From the NCBI GenBank assembly GCA_031409335.1, contig JANNWY010000002.1, forward strand, positions 24,433-88,432: a stretch of DNA of 64,000 bases, written 5' to 3'. How positions within the stretch are numbered: position 1 is the first letter of the stretch; each line of letters begins with the position of its first letter. A program made the position numbers and the translations under genes. The notes beneath the pieces are model-generated. The model ran no database searches. It was not told the DNA's origin and was given only the letters and a program-made list of their open reading frames with translations. Source of the stretch: Chthoniobacteraceae bacterium. Its GTDB lineage: Bacteria > Verrucomicrobiota > Verrucomicrobiia > Chthoniobacterales > Chthoniobacteraceae. This document shows, piece by piece, positions 40,101 through 48,789 of the stretch.

Positions 40101-43100
40101 GGACTCCGCCGAGTGTGTCGTAGCTTTCCATCTCGCTCGTCAGGATGTCCGCGAGCGTCAGCGCGCCGCCCGTCGCGAGCACGGTCACTTCCTTCTTTTC
40201 CGTGAAAGGCTTCGCCGGATCCAGATTCCGCGTCAGCCGCAAGTCCTGAAACTTCGTCGGCACCTCCGCGAGCGTGAACGTGCTCCAAATTGCGCTGCTC
40301 AAATCCTCCGCATAAACCTGCACATGCTGCCGGTCCCCGAGCGCCTTGCGCGGAACCCGGACGACACCCTTCTCGTCGGGCACGAGGTTGTAAATCGTGG
40401 GCGCGGCCTCCGCGAGGAAATCGATGTTCCGATCTTCGCCGGCGCTCGGAGCAATCCCAGGATCCCGCGCCAAGGATTCCGCAGCTTTCGCACCGCCCGC
40501 TCGCCCCCCGCGCGCGGAAGGCGGAGCCTGCATCGCGGCCTGCGATTGCGCTTCAAGGTCGGTCGAGCGCTTCTCCCACGGATTGATGAGCAGGCCGGGA
40601 CGCGTAAGCATGTTGCCCGGAAACTTCTGCGCGTATCGGCGTTCGAGAATGTAGCGATACTCGTCGCCAATCTCGCGTCCACCCGCGAAGAGGTTCGGCA
40701 GCCGGTCCGGCGTCATCGTCCCGACACCGAAGCGCGTGAAATTCGCGAGCCCGCCGAATAGTCCCTTGCCCGGCAGAAAGCGCGAAGCCGCCACGTGAAC
40801 GCGCGTGAACTTGTTCCAATTGCGAAGCTGGATCGTCACGCCGTCGTCATCGACTTTCGCCGACTCGACCGACAGCGGTGCGGCGTCGCGGAGTTCGAGT
40901 GAACGATTCGGCGACAGCAGCCATCCGCCCACTGGATCGCCGGCCGTCACGCGCACCGAAATCGTGTGAACTCCGCCATCCCGGATTCGCAGCGAATAGT
41001 CGCCCGGCTTCAATCCGCTGATCTCGAGAAATCCCGGTGTCGCTTTTACCGCCGCCGTCTGATCACTCACAAATTCCCCGCCGCGCACTTCGAGCAGCGA
41101 GAGCGTATCGGCCGTCACCGCCCCGATCCAAGGCACGCGCACGACTTCTCCGGCCTTCGCATGGACAACCTCCGGCCAAGTCCGCGCGAACTCATCGAGC
41201 CCCCAACGATCCTTGCGCCCATTCGGTACCTCCGCATGAACTGACGCGACGCCCTCCAGTTTTCCCAGTGCCACGCGCCCCTTCTCGTCGGTGCGCAACG
41301 GAATCGTCTGATACCCCTTGAACCCCTCGCGCCGAATCTGAAAGACCACCTGCTGATCCACCAGCGGCGCGCCATTTTTCCCCAGCAACTCGAACACATG
41401 GCTGTCGCCAAATTTGCTCAGATGCCCGTCGTGCGTCGCCTCGGTCTTGTCCATGCCGTTGATGTCCCACGAACGCGACGCCGTCAGTTCGCTCTTCTCC
41501 CCGCCTTTGCTGAGCACATCCACCTTTCCGCTCAGCGTTACCGTCAGCTTCGCCAGCCGCTCCGGCACGCTGAAAGTGTGCGTGAAAACTTTGTCTGCCG
41601 CGAGCTTCGGCGACTTCACTTCGCTCGTCGTCGCGATGCCATCGAGCGTCGTCGAGGTGATCGTCAGCTTCGCCTCCTGCAACAGCTCCAGTGCGATCCG
41701 CGCATCGCCGAGCAGCAGCGCCGTGCGCACCGCGAGCGTCGCGTCGCGACGTCCGAGCAGTTGCTCGCGTTCGATGTGGAACTGCGCGTCGAGGCGGTAT
41801 TCCTCCGCGTGATGCTCGAAATTCGCGAGGCTCGCGAACGTGCCATCCGCGCTTGCCAGCACAATTGGCCGACGACCTGGCTGCGCGGTGAACGGAAGTA
41901 GGACAGGCGCCCCGCCTGTCAACGGTCCCGCGGGCGCCTCGCCCGCACCACCCAGGGCGGGGGGGGCGCCCGCTGGACTGCCGCCTGGCGGGGCGCCTGC
42001 GCTACTTCCAAATCTCCGCCCATCCAGCCACGCCACCGCCTCCTTCACTGGCTGCCGCGTTTCATCGAGCACCGTGAGCAAATCGCCCGCCGGCCCGGTC
42101 TGCTGCACGAGCGAGAACTGGCCCTTGCGAATGAGCGCGCGCGACGACTTCCCGCCGCCGATGAACTCGATCACCCACGCGCCGCGTTTGCCTTTCAACT
42201 CGGGGAACTTGAAAGGCCGCGTCACGCGCTTGAACGGCGAGGCCTCGCCATCGTGCGTCTGCTCGGAGTTCGCCACCAAGCCATCGAGGTTTAGGTCGGT
42301 ATTTAGCTGGCGCTTCTGGGTTAGAAAAAAGGAGAGCGTGTTGATCTCGTAAATCTTCACGATGAGCTTCGGCGCGTGCTTGAAGGTCACGTCGATCGCC
42401 ACGTCATCCGCGGGCGCGAGGAACTGCGCGTTGTTTGCCGGGAACTCGATATCGACGCGATCCTTCAACGCCTGAAACGCCTGCGGAGTCAGCAGCGAAG
42501 CCCACTTCTCGGGATCACCCACGCCCGCCGTGATCTTCGCCTCCGCGAAAAGCGGCTTCACATAAGTATCGCGCAGCCATTGCGCCCATGTCTCCCATTT
42601 GTCCTCATCGACAAAAAAGTGGAGCAAGTAGTCGCGCACCAGCGCCTCGTCCGTGCGGATCGGCGGGATACCGAGACCCGCGCCGTCGAAGTTCGCATTC
42701 AGATCGACCGTATTCCGCGCCAGCGTCGCATCCCCCAGATACTTCGGATTCATGTAAGGCACGGATCGCGGCAGCTTCAGGTATTCGAGAAAGCGCGCCT
42801 TGTCGTAAACGCCGCGCGAACGATCGTGCTGCAACCGCGCGTAAAGCACATGCGCCTTCAGCGAATTGAACGACGCCGGCAGCGTCTTTACATAGGCCCA
42901 TTGCCGATCCAGCCAAGCCTCGCGCTCCGCCGGATCGAGCTCCGCATCCGCGTCCGCGCCGGGCGCGAGCTTGCGCAGCTTCGCGAAAACGAACGCGCTT
43001 TGCTCCGCGATGGCGGGCACCAGTTTCGCCAACGCATCGAGCTGTTCCGGCAACAACAAACGATGCGCGGGCAACTGGCCAAACTGCCGGTTCTCCGTCG

Positions 43101-43848
43101 TCCGCAAATCCTCCGCGATCATCTCCACCAACCCCGGCACATCGGGCCGCGTTAGTTTCGTCAGCACCACATTGCGCTGCGGCGGACGCAGCGGCGTCTT
43201 ATCCCGCACCAGCCGTTCAAGTTCATCGTCGGCGAGTCCGCTCAATCCATCATCCGCGAGCGCCTGGTGGAGAAAGACGTCCCGCGAGATCAGCTTCTGA
43301 TCGAGCGCCGCTGGCAGGTCCGGCTTCGCATCTCGCACCTCCTGCACATGATTAAACTCCAGCCCCAGCTTCTCCCGCAGATACTTCAGCGTCTTCTGCG
43401 GGTCAGTGTCATACCCGATGATCGCCTCCCGATTCTCAATGATCCGCCGCTGTGCCGAGTCCGGAAACCGCTTCGCCCACTGCCCCATGATCGCCGCCAA
43501 CTTCGGTGCCTGCGCCGTGTTTTGAAAATGCAGCGCATGGAAAAAATAATACTCCTCCGTCGCCGGCACGAGCTGCTGCAGCACCGCCGCGCGATCCTTC
43601 GCCAGCGCAAATTTTTCAATAAACCCGATCTCATTGGCGGCGAGACCCCACGAACCCAGTGTCGCCACTCCCGCCAAAAATACACCGAGCATCCGAATGC
43701 CGACCGAGCGACCCGGCATGGAAAAGCGAGGCTCCAGCCAAGCCGTGTCTTTTACATCCATCGCCAAGGCCCGGCTTGAGCCTCGTCCTCCGACGGCGTC
43801 AGCACCATTTGAAACGGTTTGAGAGGAGATGGCAGATGGCGTTTTCAT
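37102..43848 (-). CDS. Giant (~2,200 aa) conserved hypothetical protein with macroglobulin-like motifs
   Basis: Uninterrupted ORF with host-like codon usage; EIGFIEKFALA near the N-terminus; LRTDEKGRV, NLVPDEKGVV, KDGYTDLRGKFDYAS; start may be 43719 instead. Confidence 0.85.
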   Translation of the reverse strand: MKTPSAISSQTVSNGADAVGGRGSSRALAMDVKDTAWLEPRFSMPGRSVGIRMLGVFLAGVATLGSWGLAANEIGFIEKFALAKDRAAVLQQLVPATEEYYFFHALHFQNTAQAPKLAAIMGQWAKRFPDSAQRRIIENREAIIGYDTDPQKTLKYLREKLGLEFNHVQEVRDAKPDLPAALDQKLISRDVFLHQALADDGLSGLADDELERLVRDKTPLRPPQRNVVLTKLTRPDVPGLVEMIAEDLRTTENRQFGQLPAHRLLLPEQLDALAKLVPAIAEQSAFVFAKLRKLAPGADADAELDPAEREAWLDRQWAYVKTLPASFNSLKAHVLYARLQHDRSRGVYDKARFLEYLKLPRSVPYMNPKYLGDATLARNTVDLNANFDGAGLGIPPIRTDEALVRDYLLHFFVDEDKWETWAQWLRDTYVKPLFAEAKITAGVGDPEKWASLLTPQAFQALKDRVDIEFPANNAQFLAPADDVAIDVTFKHAPKLIVKIYEINTLSFFLTQKRQLNTDLNLDGLVANSEQTHDGEASPFKRVTRPFKFPELKGKRGAWVIEFIGGGKSSRALIRKGQFSLVQQTGPAGDLLTVLDETRQPVKEAVAWLDGRRFGSSAGAPPGGSPAGAPPALGGAGEAPAGPLTGGAPVLLPFTAQPGRRPIVLASADGTFASLANFEHHAEEYRLDAQFHIEREQLLGRRDATLAVRTALLLGDARIALELLQEAKLTITSTTLDGIATTSEVKSPKLAADKVFTHTFSVPERLAKLTVTLSGKVDVLSKGGEKSELTASRSWDINGMDKTEATHDGHLSKFGDSHVFELLGKNGAPLVDQQVVFQIRREGFKGYQTIPLRTDEKGRVALGKLEGVASVHAEVPNGRKDRWGLDEFARTWPEVVHAKAGEVVRVPWIGAVTADTLSLLEVRGGEFVSDQTAAVKATPGFLEISGLKPGDYSLRIRDGGVHTISVRVTAGDPVGGWLLSPNRSLELRDAAPLSVESAKVDDDGVTIQLRNWNKFTRVHVAASRFLPGKGLFGGLANFTRFGVGTMTPDRLPNLFAGGREIGDEYRYILERRYAQKFPGNMLTRPGLLINPWEKRSTDLEAQSQAAMQAPPSARGGRAGGAKAAESLARDPGIAPSAGEDRNIDFLAEAAPTIYNLVPDEKGVVRVPRKALGDRQHVQVYAEDLSSAIWSTFTLAEVPTKFQDLRLTRNLDPAKPFTEKKEVTVLATGGALTLADILTSEMESYDTLGGVHALFTTLSGDANLAKFAWVLQWPSMKDEEKRAKYSEFACHELNFFLSRKDAPFFTKVVQPYLRNKKDKTFMDDYLIGADLKRYLEPWAYARLNVVERALLAQRLPGESANTARHLRELWELLPPNPEEEDRLFETALRGRALEEGLQEADGAIAVAGSARFRMAKEESAVAASGLVPAADAPAAPAPHDPAKPAAATAMGRLMKRGAVVEQLADKSGKDVVALGLESKLAETEALSVVEKRKSADRFSGGLGGANEFFDMDIAKQQRGLAAQQAYFRRLGPTKEWAENNYYQLPIEQQNAELVTINGFWRDFAAWDGKVPFLSANIAEAHRNFTEMMLALAVIDLPFDAPKHTTKTEKNSFTLTAAGPVIVFHKQIKPADAKPDGAPALLVSENFFRQGDRYRQEGNEKFDKFVTDEFLSGVVYGAQLVITNPTSTPLKLDLLTQIPQGALPVLGSKATRSRFVRLEPYTTQQLEYHFYFPAPSAKDAAFPHFPLNVSLAGKSAGAAKATTFKVVKQLSQVDKASWDYISQYGGDEEVWTFIEQNNIERLDLERVAWRARKGVDFFRRLIATIEKRHLYSDVIYSYGVVHNDKAALGEWLRHRDDFLAQCGAWLDTKLVTIDPIERRAYEHLEYSPLVNQRTHRLGAEPKIANPVFREQYQHLLNILAYKPTLAAMDDMSVVYFLFLQDRVEEALARFQGIRAEALATKLQHDYFRTYAAFYEEKLADARAIVAQYSDYPVDRWRAIFAEASAQIDEIEGKKVARAGDKPDREKQQAELAAAEPAFDFKVENRSIALTWKNLRKVTVNYYLMDPEFLFSSSPFVSEDPARFSIIKPTRTATQALPEGKDVLDIPLPGEFAKANVLVEILGAGQRKAQAYHANTFKLTLSESYGRLELRDQAADKPVSKAYVKVYARLKNGTVRFFKDGYTDLRGKFDYASLNSTDGAVPPSPQPRPIDGKSLDYQMLRPNELNEVAKIAILVLSETHGAAVKEIDPPKE
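41894..42009. repeat. GTAG-REP/REPIN-like palindrome inserted in frame in the giant CDS
   Basis: GGAAGTAG-GACAGGCGCCCCGCCTGTC ... GGCGGGGCGCCTGCG-CTACTTCC with two internal GC palindromes. Confidence 0.75.
43720..43791. repeat. Degenerate REP doublet at the 5' end of the giant CDS
   Basis: GGAAAAGCGAGGCTCCAGCCAAGCC ... GGCCCGGCTTGAGCCTCGTCCTCC. Confidence 0.6.
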
Positions 43849-44002
43849 GGGGCAAGTCAGTTTGGGAGCGGGAAAAGAATGCCACCGCCCGCACGAGCGA
43901 AGCAACGGCACGATTGTCAAAGATTTGTCAGCGGAAGTAAGACGGTGCGGGCCGACAGCTTGTTAGGCGATTGTCGAAACTGCAGCCCGCGGTCTTCGCC
44001 CA

Positions 44003-44024
44003 ACACGGGCCGAAAAGCCCGTGT
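44003..44024. terminator. Hairpin downstream of the alpha/beta hydrolase (terminator or REP unit)
   Basis: ACACGGGC-CGAAAA-GCCCGTGT. Confidence 0.4.
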
Positions 44025-44090
44025 CCCATTTTCAATCAATCCCCGCTTACGCAAAGAAGACACGCGCCGCCTGCGGTGCACCGGGGGCAT

Positions 44091-44993
44091 TCATTTTTTG
44101 CCGAGGACACCAAGTGATTTCAGCCACTCTTCCGTGCGCTGCGGCCAGGTGCTGATGTTGAAAGGCGTCCGCCGCAGGCCGTATCCGTGGCCGCCGATTG
44201 GATAAAGATGCAGCTCCGCGGGAACCTTCGCGTTTTTCAGCGCGAGGTAATAAAACAGCGCCGTCTCCGCGCGCACCGGATCGTCCTGAGTCATCGCTAG
44301 GAACGTTGGCGGCGTTTCCTTTGAAACCGCAGTGTCCGCGAAAACCGCGTCGCTCTTGTCCTTGTCGGTGAGATACGCCGCATAGATCAACGCCATGAAA
44401 TTCGGGCGGCAGCTTTGTTTGTCCGCATCATCGACCGCCTCGTAAGTCCGCGCCGCCGCACTCGCCGAAAGCACCGCGCACAAATGCCCGCCTGCGGAAA
44501 AGCCGAGACATCCCACGCGCTCGGGATCGATCCCCCACTCTCCCGCGCGCTGCCGGATCACGCCCATCGCGCGCTGCGCATCCTGCAAGGCCGGCGCGTG
44601 TTTTGGCCGTCCCTCGCGCACCGGCACGCGATATTTCAAAAGCACCGCGGTGACGCCGATCGAGTTCAACCATTCGCATACTTCGGTGCCTTCGAGATCC
44701 ATCGCGAGAATGTGGTAGCCGCCGCCGGGACACACGAGCACCGCGGCCCCGGTCGCTTTTTCCGCCGGTGGAGAAAAAACTGTGATCGTCGGGCTCGACA
44801 CATTTCCGAGCCGGATCACCGACTTTCCCGAGACGAGATTGTCCGTGGGTTTCGACATGTCCGCCTCGGGTGGAAGCCCACCCTTTTCACCCGGAGCCCC
44901 GCCCGGCCAGAGCGCGATCGGCTCCGAAGCCGCATGGGCAAAGACAGCCGCAAACATCGTCGCTGAAAGAAATCGGATGAGGGAGAATTTCAT
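44091..44993 (-). CDS. Secreted alpha/beta hydrolase (esterase)
   Basis: Signal peptide, PGGGY, GFSAGG nucleophile elbow, DDPV, GGHGYG. Confidence 0.88.
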   Translation of the reverse strand: MKFSLIRFLSATMFAAVFAHAASEPIALWPGGAPGEKGGLPPEADMSKPTDNLVSGKSVIRLGNVSSPTITVFSPPAEKATGAAVLVCPGGGYHILAMDLEGTEVCEWLNSIGVTAVLLKYRVPVREGRPKHAPALQDAQRAMGVIRQRAGEWGIDPERVGCLGFSAGGHLCAVLSASAAARTYEAVDDADKQSCRPNFMALIYAAYLTDKDKSDAVFADTAVSKETPPTFLAMTQDDPVRAETALFYYLALKNAKVPAELHLYPIGGHGYGLRRTPFNISTWPQRTEEWLKSLGVLGKK

Positions 44994-45112
44994 CCGCCAA
45001 GAAAAGCAAAGCGGGGCGTTTCCGCCAAGCGGATTGGGATCACCGCTCATCGTGCAAAACAATTTTTGGAAAGTGCGTGTGCGATTTTCCGGGAATGCTC
45101 ATTCTCCGGCAC

Positions 45113-45712
45113 ATGCCTCCGAAACATCACCGGCACTTCGCCGCCACGACCATTATTGCGTTCGCCATTGCCGCGAGCGCATTTGCGCAAGTGAAACGCG
45201 ACCCCGCGCCCCGGCAGCCGGTCCAGCTCGAAGTGAAAGTCATCGAAGCGAAGGACGGAGCGATGGGACTGTCGGTGGAAAAAGGCGGCGTCAATTCCCG
45301 GGAACTCACGCCTCAACAGTGGCAGGCAGAGACGCAAAAATTCACGCAAGCCAAGGACGTGGATATTTTGAGCGCACCGAAACTCACCACAAACGCAGGA
45401 CAGCTTGCCATCATGGAAATCGGGAATGGAGCTGCCAAACTGGAATCGGGAATCAAGATCAGCGTCCTGCCAGAGATTGAGTCCGACGGCATTCTTTTGA
45501 ACGTCGATTTCAAGATGACGCGCCCTCCGAAAAAATCCGAACGCGAACAAAAACCGCAAACGTCAAAACTGAGCACCTTTGTTTCCGTGAAGGATGGATC
45601 GACGATCCTGCTCGGCGGCATGACGGCGGAAAACGGACGCGCGATCGTGCTCGCCGTGACCGCGTCCAAAATCGATCCGCAAATCGCGCCCGAGGCGAAA
45701 GCGAAAGAGTAG
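45113..45712 (+). CDS. Small secreted protein resembling an isolated secretin C-terminal domain
   Basis: ILSAPKLTTNAGQLAIMEIG, GIKISVLPEI, STFVSVKDGSTILLGG. Confidence 0.6.
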   Translation: MPPKHHRHFAATTIIAFAIAASAFAQVKRDPAPRQPVQLEVKVIEAKDGAMGLSVEKGGVNSRELTPQQWQAETQKFTQAKDVDILSAPKLTTNAGQLAIMEIGNGAAKLESGIKISVLPEIESDGILLNVDFKMTRPPKKSEREQKPQTSKLSTFVSVKDGSTILLGGMTAENGRAIVLAVTASKIDPQIAPEAKAKE

Positions 45713-45823
45713 TCGGGACCCGCTTGACGCGCGGAATGGGTTCCGCCGATCGAGCCAGCGTCAAGGCACTGGAGCCGCGGCGCGAATGAGCTGGGCCCGC
45801 TGCCTGCTTTTGGAACAGCGGCT

Positions 45824-46450
45824 ATGGGCCGCCATTTGAAAAAACTTGCCGTCTGGTCACTGCTCACTGGCGCAGTCTGGTGGCTGTGGCCGGCGGGTGC
45901 ATTGCGGCACGAGCCCGGCGTGCGACTTGACCGCGAGCCGGAGCAGCAGATGATCGAGCCGCAGCCGGTCGGCAGTTTTAAGAAATACACGATCACCGCC
46001 GTCGCCGCCTACACGATCGAGGCGCGCGTGTTGCACACCAAACGCTACTGGGTCGATGGCAACGATCTTGTGCCCTACGATGTCGCCGTGGGCTGGGGCG
46101 CGATGTCCGATCAGGCGGTGCTCGACCGGCTATCCATCTCGCAGTGCAACCGTTTCTTTTTCTACGAGTGGCGAAATCCGCCGCCGATCGAAATCAGCGA
46201 AATCGAGCGCCATGCGGCGAACATGCACGTCATCGCGGCGAACAAGGCAGTGGCGAAAGCCGTGAAGCGGCTGCGGCGCGGGGAATTCGTGGCGATGCGC
46301 GGCTACCTCGTGAATGTCGGCGGACCGAATGGATTTCACTGGAACTCCTCGCTGCGCCGCGACGATACGGGCAATGGGGCGTGCGAGGTTTTCTACGTGG
46401 AGTCGATCGAGGCGAAGCCGGAGCCCGCGCTGCTCGCCGGAATGCGCTAA
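45824..46450 (+). CDS. Conserved hypothetical membrane-anchored protein
   Basis: N-terminal TM; PYDVAVGWG, ANMHVI, GYLV, SSLRRDDTGNGACE. Confidence 0.7.
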   Translation: MGRHLKKLAVWSLLTGAVWWLWPAGALRHEPGVRLDREPEQQMIEPQPVGSFKKYTITAVAAYTIEARVLHTKRYWVDGNDLVPYDVAVGWGAMSDQAVLDRLSISQCNRFFFYEWRNPPPIEISEIERHAANMHVIAANKAVAKAVKRLRRGEFVAMRGYLVNVGGPNGFHWNSSLRRDDTGNGACEVFYVESIEAKPEPALLAGMR

Positions 46451-46475
46451 AACTCAGCGCGGTTCGTCAGCGGAA

Positions 46476-46691
46476 TTACGCTGCCGTTTCGCAGTAGGCC
46501 GCGTGGGATTTTGGTTCCGGCACGTGCTCACCAGCCATGCGCAATCCCTCGATGTGAAATTCGATGGCGTCGTGCATTTCACTTTCCGTTTCTTCACGGG
46601 AGGAACCCGTCGCGATGCAACCCGGCAGATCCGGCGAATAGGCGGAGAATCCAGTCGTGGTTTCTTCAAGAATGATGAGATATCGATTCAT
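46476..46691 (-). CDS. hicB: HicB family antitoxin (short form)
   Basis: FSAYSPDLPGCIATG..EE...DAIEFHIEG. Confidence 0.9.
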   Translation of the reverse strand: MNRYLIILEETTTGFSAYSPDLPGCIATGSSREETESEMHDAIEFHIEGLRMAGEHVPEPKSHAAYCETAA

Positions 46692-46873
46692 TTTAGTCCG
46701 GCTTGTTTGAGGATACTGCTCTGGGTGCCCGGCGCAAGATCGTCATTCGGTTTGCCGGCCACGGTGACGAGTCCGCGTTTGCTCGCATGTTTGAATTGCC
46801 GATGACTGCCGCGGGTCCTGTCGAGATACCAGCCGTCTGACTCAATGAGTTTGAGAATCTCGCGGACTTTCAT
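46688..46873 (-). CDS. hicA: HicA family toxin
   Basis: MKVREILKLIESDGW..RTRGSHRQFKH..GTQSSILKQAGL. Confidence 0.92.
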   Translation of the reverse strand: MKVREILKLIESDGWYLDRTRGSHRQFKHASKRGLVTVAGKPNDDLAPGTQSSILKQAGLK

Positions 46874-46886
46874 GCACAACCGCGCG

Positions 46887-48056
46887 CTACACGTTGAACC
46901 GGAACTCCACCACGTCCCCGTCTTTCACGACGTATTCTTTGCCTTCGATGCGCAGCTTGCCGGCTTCGCGGGCCTTGGCGTTGGAGCCGAGTTGGATGAG
47001 GTCGTCGAAGTGGACGACTTCCGCGGCGATGAAGCCGCGCTCGAAATCGCTGTGGATGACTCCGGCGGCAGCGGGCGCTTTGTCGCCAGCGCGAATCGTC
47101 CACGCGCGGGTCTCCTGCTCGCCGGTGGTGAGGTAGGTGCGCAGGCCAAGCAGGTGATACACGGCGCGGATGAGCGAGCCGACGCCGCTGCTGGCGACGC
47201 CGATTCCGGCGAGGTATTCGGCGGCTTCCTCGTCGCTGAGGCTCGCGAGTTCGCTTTCGATCTGCGCGCTGATGACGACGGCTTCGGTGCCGAAATGCGA
47301 CCGCGCGTAATCCTGCACGGCAGTGACGAATTTCGCGGCTGGCGTGAGTTCCACGTTCTCGCTGGGCTTCACGCCTTCGTTGTCCCGCGCGGCTTCGACG
47401 ATGGAGACGACGTTCGCGAGATCGGACTCGGCGACGTTGCACGCGAAGATGGTCGGCTTTCCCGAGAGGAGGAAAAACTCGCGCAACAGTTTTTTCTCGT
47501 CGTCGCTGAGATCAAGCGTGGTGGCTGGTTTCCCGGCGTCGAGATGCGGGATGAGTTTTTCGGCGAGGGCGATTTCGGCCTTCGCCAGCTTGTCGCCAGT
47601 CTTCGCGGCTTTGGCTTGGCGGTCCTTGCGTTTCTGCACGGCGGCGAGGTCGGCGAGGATGAGTTCGGTGTTGATGATCTCAATGTCGCGCACGGGATCG
47701 ACCGTTCCGGCGACGTGGTGAATGTCGTCGTTTTCAAAACAACGGACGACCTGCACGAGCGCGTGGACCTCGCGGATGTGGCTCAGGAATTGATTCCCCA
47801 GCCCTTCACCGGACGCGGCGCCTTTCACCAGCCCGGCGATGTCCACAAATTCGATCGCGGCGGGGACGAGCTTTTTTGAGCTGGAAAGTTTCGAGAGCAC
47901 CGCGAGCCGCGGATCGGGCACGGTGACGATGCCGACATTCGGGTCGATCGTGCAAAACGGGTAATTCGCCGCCTGCGCTTTTTGAGTGCGGGTGACGGCG
48001 TTGAAGAGTGTCGATTTACCGACGTTTGGGAGACCGACGATGCCTGCGCTTAACAT
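46887..48056 (-). CDS. ychF: Redox-regulated ATPase YchF
   Basis: GLPNVGKST, ANYPFCTIDPN, DIAGLV, TGS domain IHSDFERGFI. Confidence 0.96.
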   Translation of the reverse strand: MLSAGIVGLPNVGKSTLFNAVTRTQKAQAANYPFCTIDPNVGIVTVPDPRLAVLSKLSSSKKLVPAAIEFVDIAGLVKGAASGEGLGNQFLSHIREVHALVQVVRCFENDDIHHVAGTVDPVRDIEIINTELILADLAAVQKRKDRQAKAAKTGDKLAKAEIALAEKLIPHLDAGKPATTLDLSDDEKKLLREFFLLSGKPTIFACNVAESDLANVVSIVEAARDNEGVKPSENVELTPAAKFVTAVQDYARSHFGTEAVVISAQIESELASLSDEEAAEYLAGIGVASSGVGSLIRAVYHLLGLRTYLTTGEQETRAWTIRAGDKAPAAAGVIHSDFERGFIAAEVVHFDDLIQLGSNAKAREAGKLRIEGKEYVVKDGDVVEFRFNV

Positions 48057-48189
48057 AGGGCGCGGACGTTAAGGGAAAATCCGGATTCTGAAACACGAAA
48101 TCCGAAACAATTTGAAATTGTGTGAAGTGTCGGCCGAATCGCGAATCGCGCGATCGGATGACGGCCAGGCTTTGCTGAAAACTCCGCCG

Positions 48190-48567
48190 CTAGGCGCTGG
48201 CCCGTCGATCGTCGAGCCAATAGACGTGCATCACCACGCCCACCCAATACAGCGGTAGCAGCAGCAGCCCAAAACCCGCCGTCGCCGTCGCCACCACGCT
48301 GCACGCCAATACGGCGAACGCGGCGCCGATCATCAACAGCGCGCCGAGCAGGAAGTGGCCTTTGTAGAGGTGCCCGAGACCCGGCACGATGCTGAGACCG
48401 GCGGATGCCCTGTCTCGCGGCGTGCCGCCATAGGTCCGTCGCCGATAGCCCGTGACCCAGTCGCATTTTGGGCATTCATTCGGATTGTTGGGATCGAGCG
48501 CGGCATCACAAAGCGGGCAATGCGTGCGCGTCTCGGTTTGCGGAGGATTGGTTTCGATTGCTGGCAT
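48190..48567 (-). CDS. Zinc-ribbon plus TM2-like membrane protein
   Basis: CPLC...CPKC then PGLGHLYKG and two TM helices. Confidence 0.7.
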   Translation of the reverse strand: MPAIETNPPQTETRTHCPLCDAALDPNNPNECPKCDWVTGYRRRTYGGTPRDRASAGLSIVPGLGHLYKGHFLLGALLMIGAAFAVLACSVVATATAGFGLLLLPLYWVGVVMHVYWLDDRRASA

Positions 48568-48662
48568 ATTTGAACTCTCGTTTGATTGTTTCACTGCCTT
48601 GCCATGACCCCATGCGAGGAAAGTATCGAAACGAGCCGTAACAGGCAACTCCCAACCGGGCT

Positions 48663-48755
48663 TTGGATGTTGGAAGTTGAACGTTGGAAGTTGAGCGTTG
48701 AGCGCCGCAGGCACCGCCGTTGCGCGGGGCTCAACTTCCAACTTCCAACTTCCAA
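48663..48755. repeat. Inverted pair of 7-mer tandem repeats
   Basis: TTGGATG TTGGAAG TTGAACG TTGGAAG TTGAGCG TTGAGCG ... GCTCAAC TTCCAAC TTCCAAC TTCCAA. Confidence 0.75.
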
Positions 48756-48789
48756 AGACTGGCGCGTCGCCAGCTTGCACCACTTTTCA

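Noticed and set aside
48663..48755. Possible CRISPR array or VNTR-coded peptide
   Set aside because: 7-bp units with no unique spacers and no cas genes; the region is intergenic.
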